Source of the DNA: the human T2T-CHM13v2.0 reference genome, Homo sapiens
Length of the DNA: 64,000 bases
Direction: 5' to 3' (one strand)
Assembly (NCBI RefSeq): GCF_009914755.1
Contig: NC_060942.1
Part shown: piece by piece, positions 59,507-64,000 of the stretch
Layout of the letters: each line of letters begins with the position of its first letter
Numbering within the stretch: position 1 is the first letter of the stretch
Notes under the pieces: generated by a model
Database searches by the model: none
The model's input: only the letters and a program-made list of their open reading frames with translations
What the model was told of the DNA's origin: nothing
Position numbers and translations under genes: made by a program

Positions 59507-62004
59507 TTGTGGTTCAGCTCTCGATGAGCTTCCAGGAGTTAGCAAAGTCTTCTGGAAAGAGATAGGTGAGTTCAGGTGTGTCAGGTCTCAGCTGTGAACA
59601 CGCAAAAGCATGGATACATGAGACAGCACAAACAGCATGAGGACTGGAAGAAGTTTTGCATTCATTATAGGGAATGGAGGGACAGGAGAAAGAAACGAGG
59701 CTGGAGGAATGGGCAGGAGGCAGCATGTGTCTTCTTACTATGGAGGTCATCAACTTTGAACTATTAAGAGTGACTTCTTTATTGGTCTCTCCATTTTTAA
59801 CTTTCCTACTGGAATCTGCGTTACATACCACTGTTAACACTTCCTAATGCACTAGTTTGATAACTTAGCTCTTCTGTTTATAAATCTTTAAGAGTTCATA
59901 ATGCTTAGTTAAACCTACAAAATATTAACTATTTTCTATACCATATTTCCAGCTGCTTCTGCCTCTTTCCCCCTACATATTTATGTATGTGTCACATAAA
60001 ATCCAAATGGCCTAGGGACTCAATAAATTCCCTCAACCCTCCTAAAATTTTTCTGCTCAATCTGTTCTCCAGTCTCATGACAAATTCTGTACTGTTGTGG
60101 GTCTCTATTGTAATAGTAATAATAATAAAAGTAATAATAATAGCTAGCATCGATCACATCTAAAAGTTCACCTGCATTACATTTCCTCTATGAACTCTTT
60201 CATAATTACTCTGTAAAAAGTGTGACAATGTTCTTTTCTGCACTCACTCGTGAATAAATGGACTGAAGATCTTATGAGTTTTTCACCTTTTGTGTTTAGT
60301 CACTTATGTTACACCTTAAACTCTAAAATATGAGATTATAGCTTAGTTGTTTAAAAAATTTCTTAAGACATCCAATGTAAGTCATTATATATAAAATGTT
60401 CACTGTACATTTGTTGTATACATTTGAATTCATACTATGAGAAAAAGATGAACTTAATAGTTCATGCAAAACTGCAGAATGTGTGTATTTTTGTAGACAG
60501 AGATGTTTCCTACATTTTTGAAATAATAATTTGAATTTTTCTAGGATTTATATCAGATGGCCTCTAGGAAAAATAATTTTAAAAAACAAGAAGAGACAAA
60601 CATAGTATGTGACCTTAAATAGACTTATTATTTAACAGATTTAAAAGTCTACATGTATGTACATAATACAATTTATAATATTATATATATATGTATAGCT
60701 ACATCTGTATCTATATCATATCATTTATATCTATATCTTTAAAGAGTAAAATAAAATGTAATCGAATTGCCTTAGAATGGCTTGGGAATCAAACATGATT
60801 GAACTCAACAAATAATTGGTCCATCAAACTCTGAAAGCCCATACCACCTTGTCAGCTAAGGTAACTTTATTATGTTGTGGAAGGCAGAAGCCCCAGTGGG
60901 AACAAACCAATTCCATTTCATCAATGGGAATACACCACAGCAATCAGTGCTGAAATATGGACTGTCCAATCTCATTTATTGCACTACCTAAGTGGATTGA
61001 ATCAGAAGGGAATGGGCTCTCCCAGGTCTAAATTGCAATAGGTAATTTTCAGACAAGCATGGAAAGATTTGTGTATCAGAACCTTGGTGTGTTTAAAATA
61101 ATAGGAAGGGATAATGTTTATTTATGCTGTGAGAATTATTGGTTATTTGGGAAAGCCACAAGACCCTTCTGCTCCTTTTAAAATGCATATTAGAAAAAAA
61201 TTCCCTATACACTTTCAGATTCTTCATTGTTTAAAACCATTTTGGAGGCAGGATATTGTATAGTTAAGAATACAGGAATGGGATGGGGAAAGAGTATGAC
61301 TTTAACAGACTTGAAAAAATGTTTTAATTACCAAGAAGCCCCACCCCTCAGAGGACTTAGTTCAGTCTGTCAGTAAAAAATTTGATATGATAGCCAGAAG
61401 GAATTTTTTGAAAATCAATCATCACCACTATCTCACTCGCCAGCCCAAATAAATAAACTCTCCTACTACATCAGTCCAAAAATTCAAATAGAAATGGCAG
61501 AGCATATCACCTGGCCTCATGACCAACAGTGATAAATTATATAATTATTTTAATAATTTATATATATAATTACATAACACATTATTTGTTTATATAATTA
61601 TATAATAAATTTTGTATTTATAATTATATGTATACTATATAATGAATTTAAAATACTTGCCAAAACATGATATCAGATATAATTATGAAGGGGCAATATG
61701 TTAATTAAACTCTACCTTTGAGGAACAAAAATGATCCATGGATTTAATGCAGAACAAAATAACTTTATGCACCTTGTTAGCATTAGCTATGACAACATCA
61801 CAACAGCAAGCTGTTGAGCTAAGCCAGGATGTGTATGATTTTCCACTTGCAATTTTTCACCGAAATGGCTCAAACAACGTAAGCAGGATTTTCATTTTTT
61901 GGTGAATAAAATATAAAGATGTCTCACTCATAAATATGAAGCTTCAGCAATTTTCATAAAAATGGTGGTGGTGAAAAAAAATGGTACATCATTGAGCTAT
62001 TTAC

Positions 62005-62123
62005 CAACCAGTAGCAATCCCTAGAACCTGGTGAATAGAAGCCCTGGTTTTGTATGTCTGTGGTGAAACTCAACAAGGCACAGTGATTATCACAAGCTGT
62101 GATACTCTGTACTTTAACATAAC
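62005..62123 (-). other. Candidate 119-nt spliced exon, function unknown
   Basis: Minus-strand acceptor TTTCCATTCTTTCTACAG and donor TTG|GTAAAT; one open frame; motif evidence only. Confidence 0.25.
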
Positions 62124-62869
62124 CTGTAGAAAGAATGGAAACTCCTACAAACTTGGCAGCCTGCATTTATCAGTTGCATGCAGAGAGTAAAGTGTCTTTC
62201 CATGTTCAAATCCACATGGTAGATTGTTGGGTATGAAACCATTGGGTCCTCTGCCATTGGTAGCCCGCATAAATGCAGAGGACAGAGAGATTCTAGGCAA
62301 GTCCACAGTTCTCTGGCCCTTTCTCACTCTCTCTCATTGATTTTCATACTTAGCTCTTCCAAATTAAATGTTTCCAGTACTGGCAAGAAAAAGATTAAAA
62401 TGAATATATTGTGCTTATTATATATGTGTTCAAGCAAATGAATGAGTGATAAATTTTTCTCTCAGCATTTTGAAAATAGTATTCTATTTCTACAGATCTT
62501 TTTAACTAGAGAGAATTCACCTACCAATTTCCTTTGAGGCCATTCATTTCAAATTTATTTATTTTAAGATTTTTACATCTATCATTGCCTTTCTACTATT
62601 TAAATATAATGTTCTTAGAATTTTTTTTAACCTAGTGATTTTATTTATGCAGCTAATAATATGACTTTTATCAATTCTGGAAAATACCCCAATATTATTT
62701 AAATATTGCCTAATATCCATATTATCTGTTCACTTCCTCTGAAATTCAAATACATGAATATTAGATCTTATTATTTTATGCAAAACTCTAGAACCGTAGA
62801 TAATTTCTCAAGAGACATCATTCTGAGTCATCAATTTACTATTCTACTGAGTTTAGTGTAAAGCGTTAT

Positions 62870-63590
<721 letters not shown>

Positions 63591-64000
63591 TGTCATTTGT
63601 CATTCTAAAATTGACAGGTGACTAAGCTCTTAGAACCAAGGTAGATAATAGTTCTGCATATAGCCAAGATGTTATAAAAAGGATTGAATTTCAACAATAA
63701 AAAAACAGTTGACAAGAAAAAACAATTTTTAAGAGACTAGATATAAAAACAATAAAAAACAATTCTGAGAGATAATAAACAAGGTGAACCCTGTATTTTT
63801 CCCACCTTAAAAGAGTTTCATGCCATGATTCAGGGAGGGGGACCCTAGTCACTGCTCAGCAGACTCTCTGAGTCAAGGACTGGAGAGCCCAGGGCACTTA
63901 GAATTCACAATAACAGAGTGCCAAATAAGAAAAGAAAGCAGCAAAAAAGGAAAATGGAAACAAATTGGAAAATACATGATGAAGATGATACATGTAATCC

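Noticed and set aside
61535-61650. AT-rich self-complementary stretch
   Set aside because: Low-complexity (TA)-rich sequence; pairing is expected by chance.

Overview
AT-rich, CpG-depleted primate genomic DNA, most likely human given a near-consensus AluYa5-lineage insertion at 63084. It is intergenic or deep intronic. I recognise no protein-coding gene, rRNA, tRNA or CRISPR array, and the supplied ORFs are chance or repeat-derived. The window is a mosaic of old L1M fragments, about 20 Alus (J, S, Y), MaLR/ERV LTRs, an ERVL-type internal remnant, DNA transposon relics, MIR/L2 and microsatellites. The most notable structures are: (1) a ~360-bp inverted duplication (8914-9275 vs 10502-10858) around a 1.2-kb spacer, with a homogenised core suggesting gene conversion or a possible inversion polymorphism; (2) a 14 x 55-bp minisatellite with readable higher-order duplication history; (3) a very young Alu with a perfect 16-bp TSD; (4) several fold-back or template-switch scars; (5) a few speculative spliced exons. 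I found no convincing new biological system. Repeat subfamily names come from recalled consensus sequences, and old-repeat boundaries are approximate.
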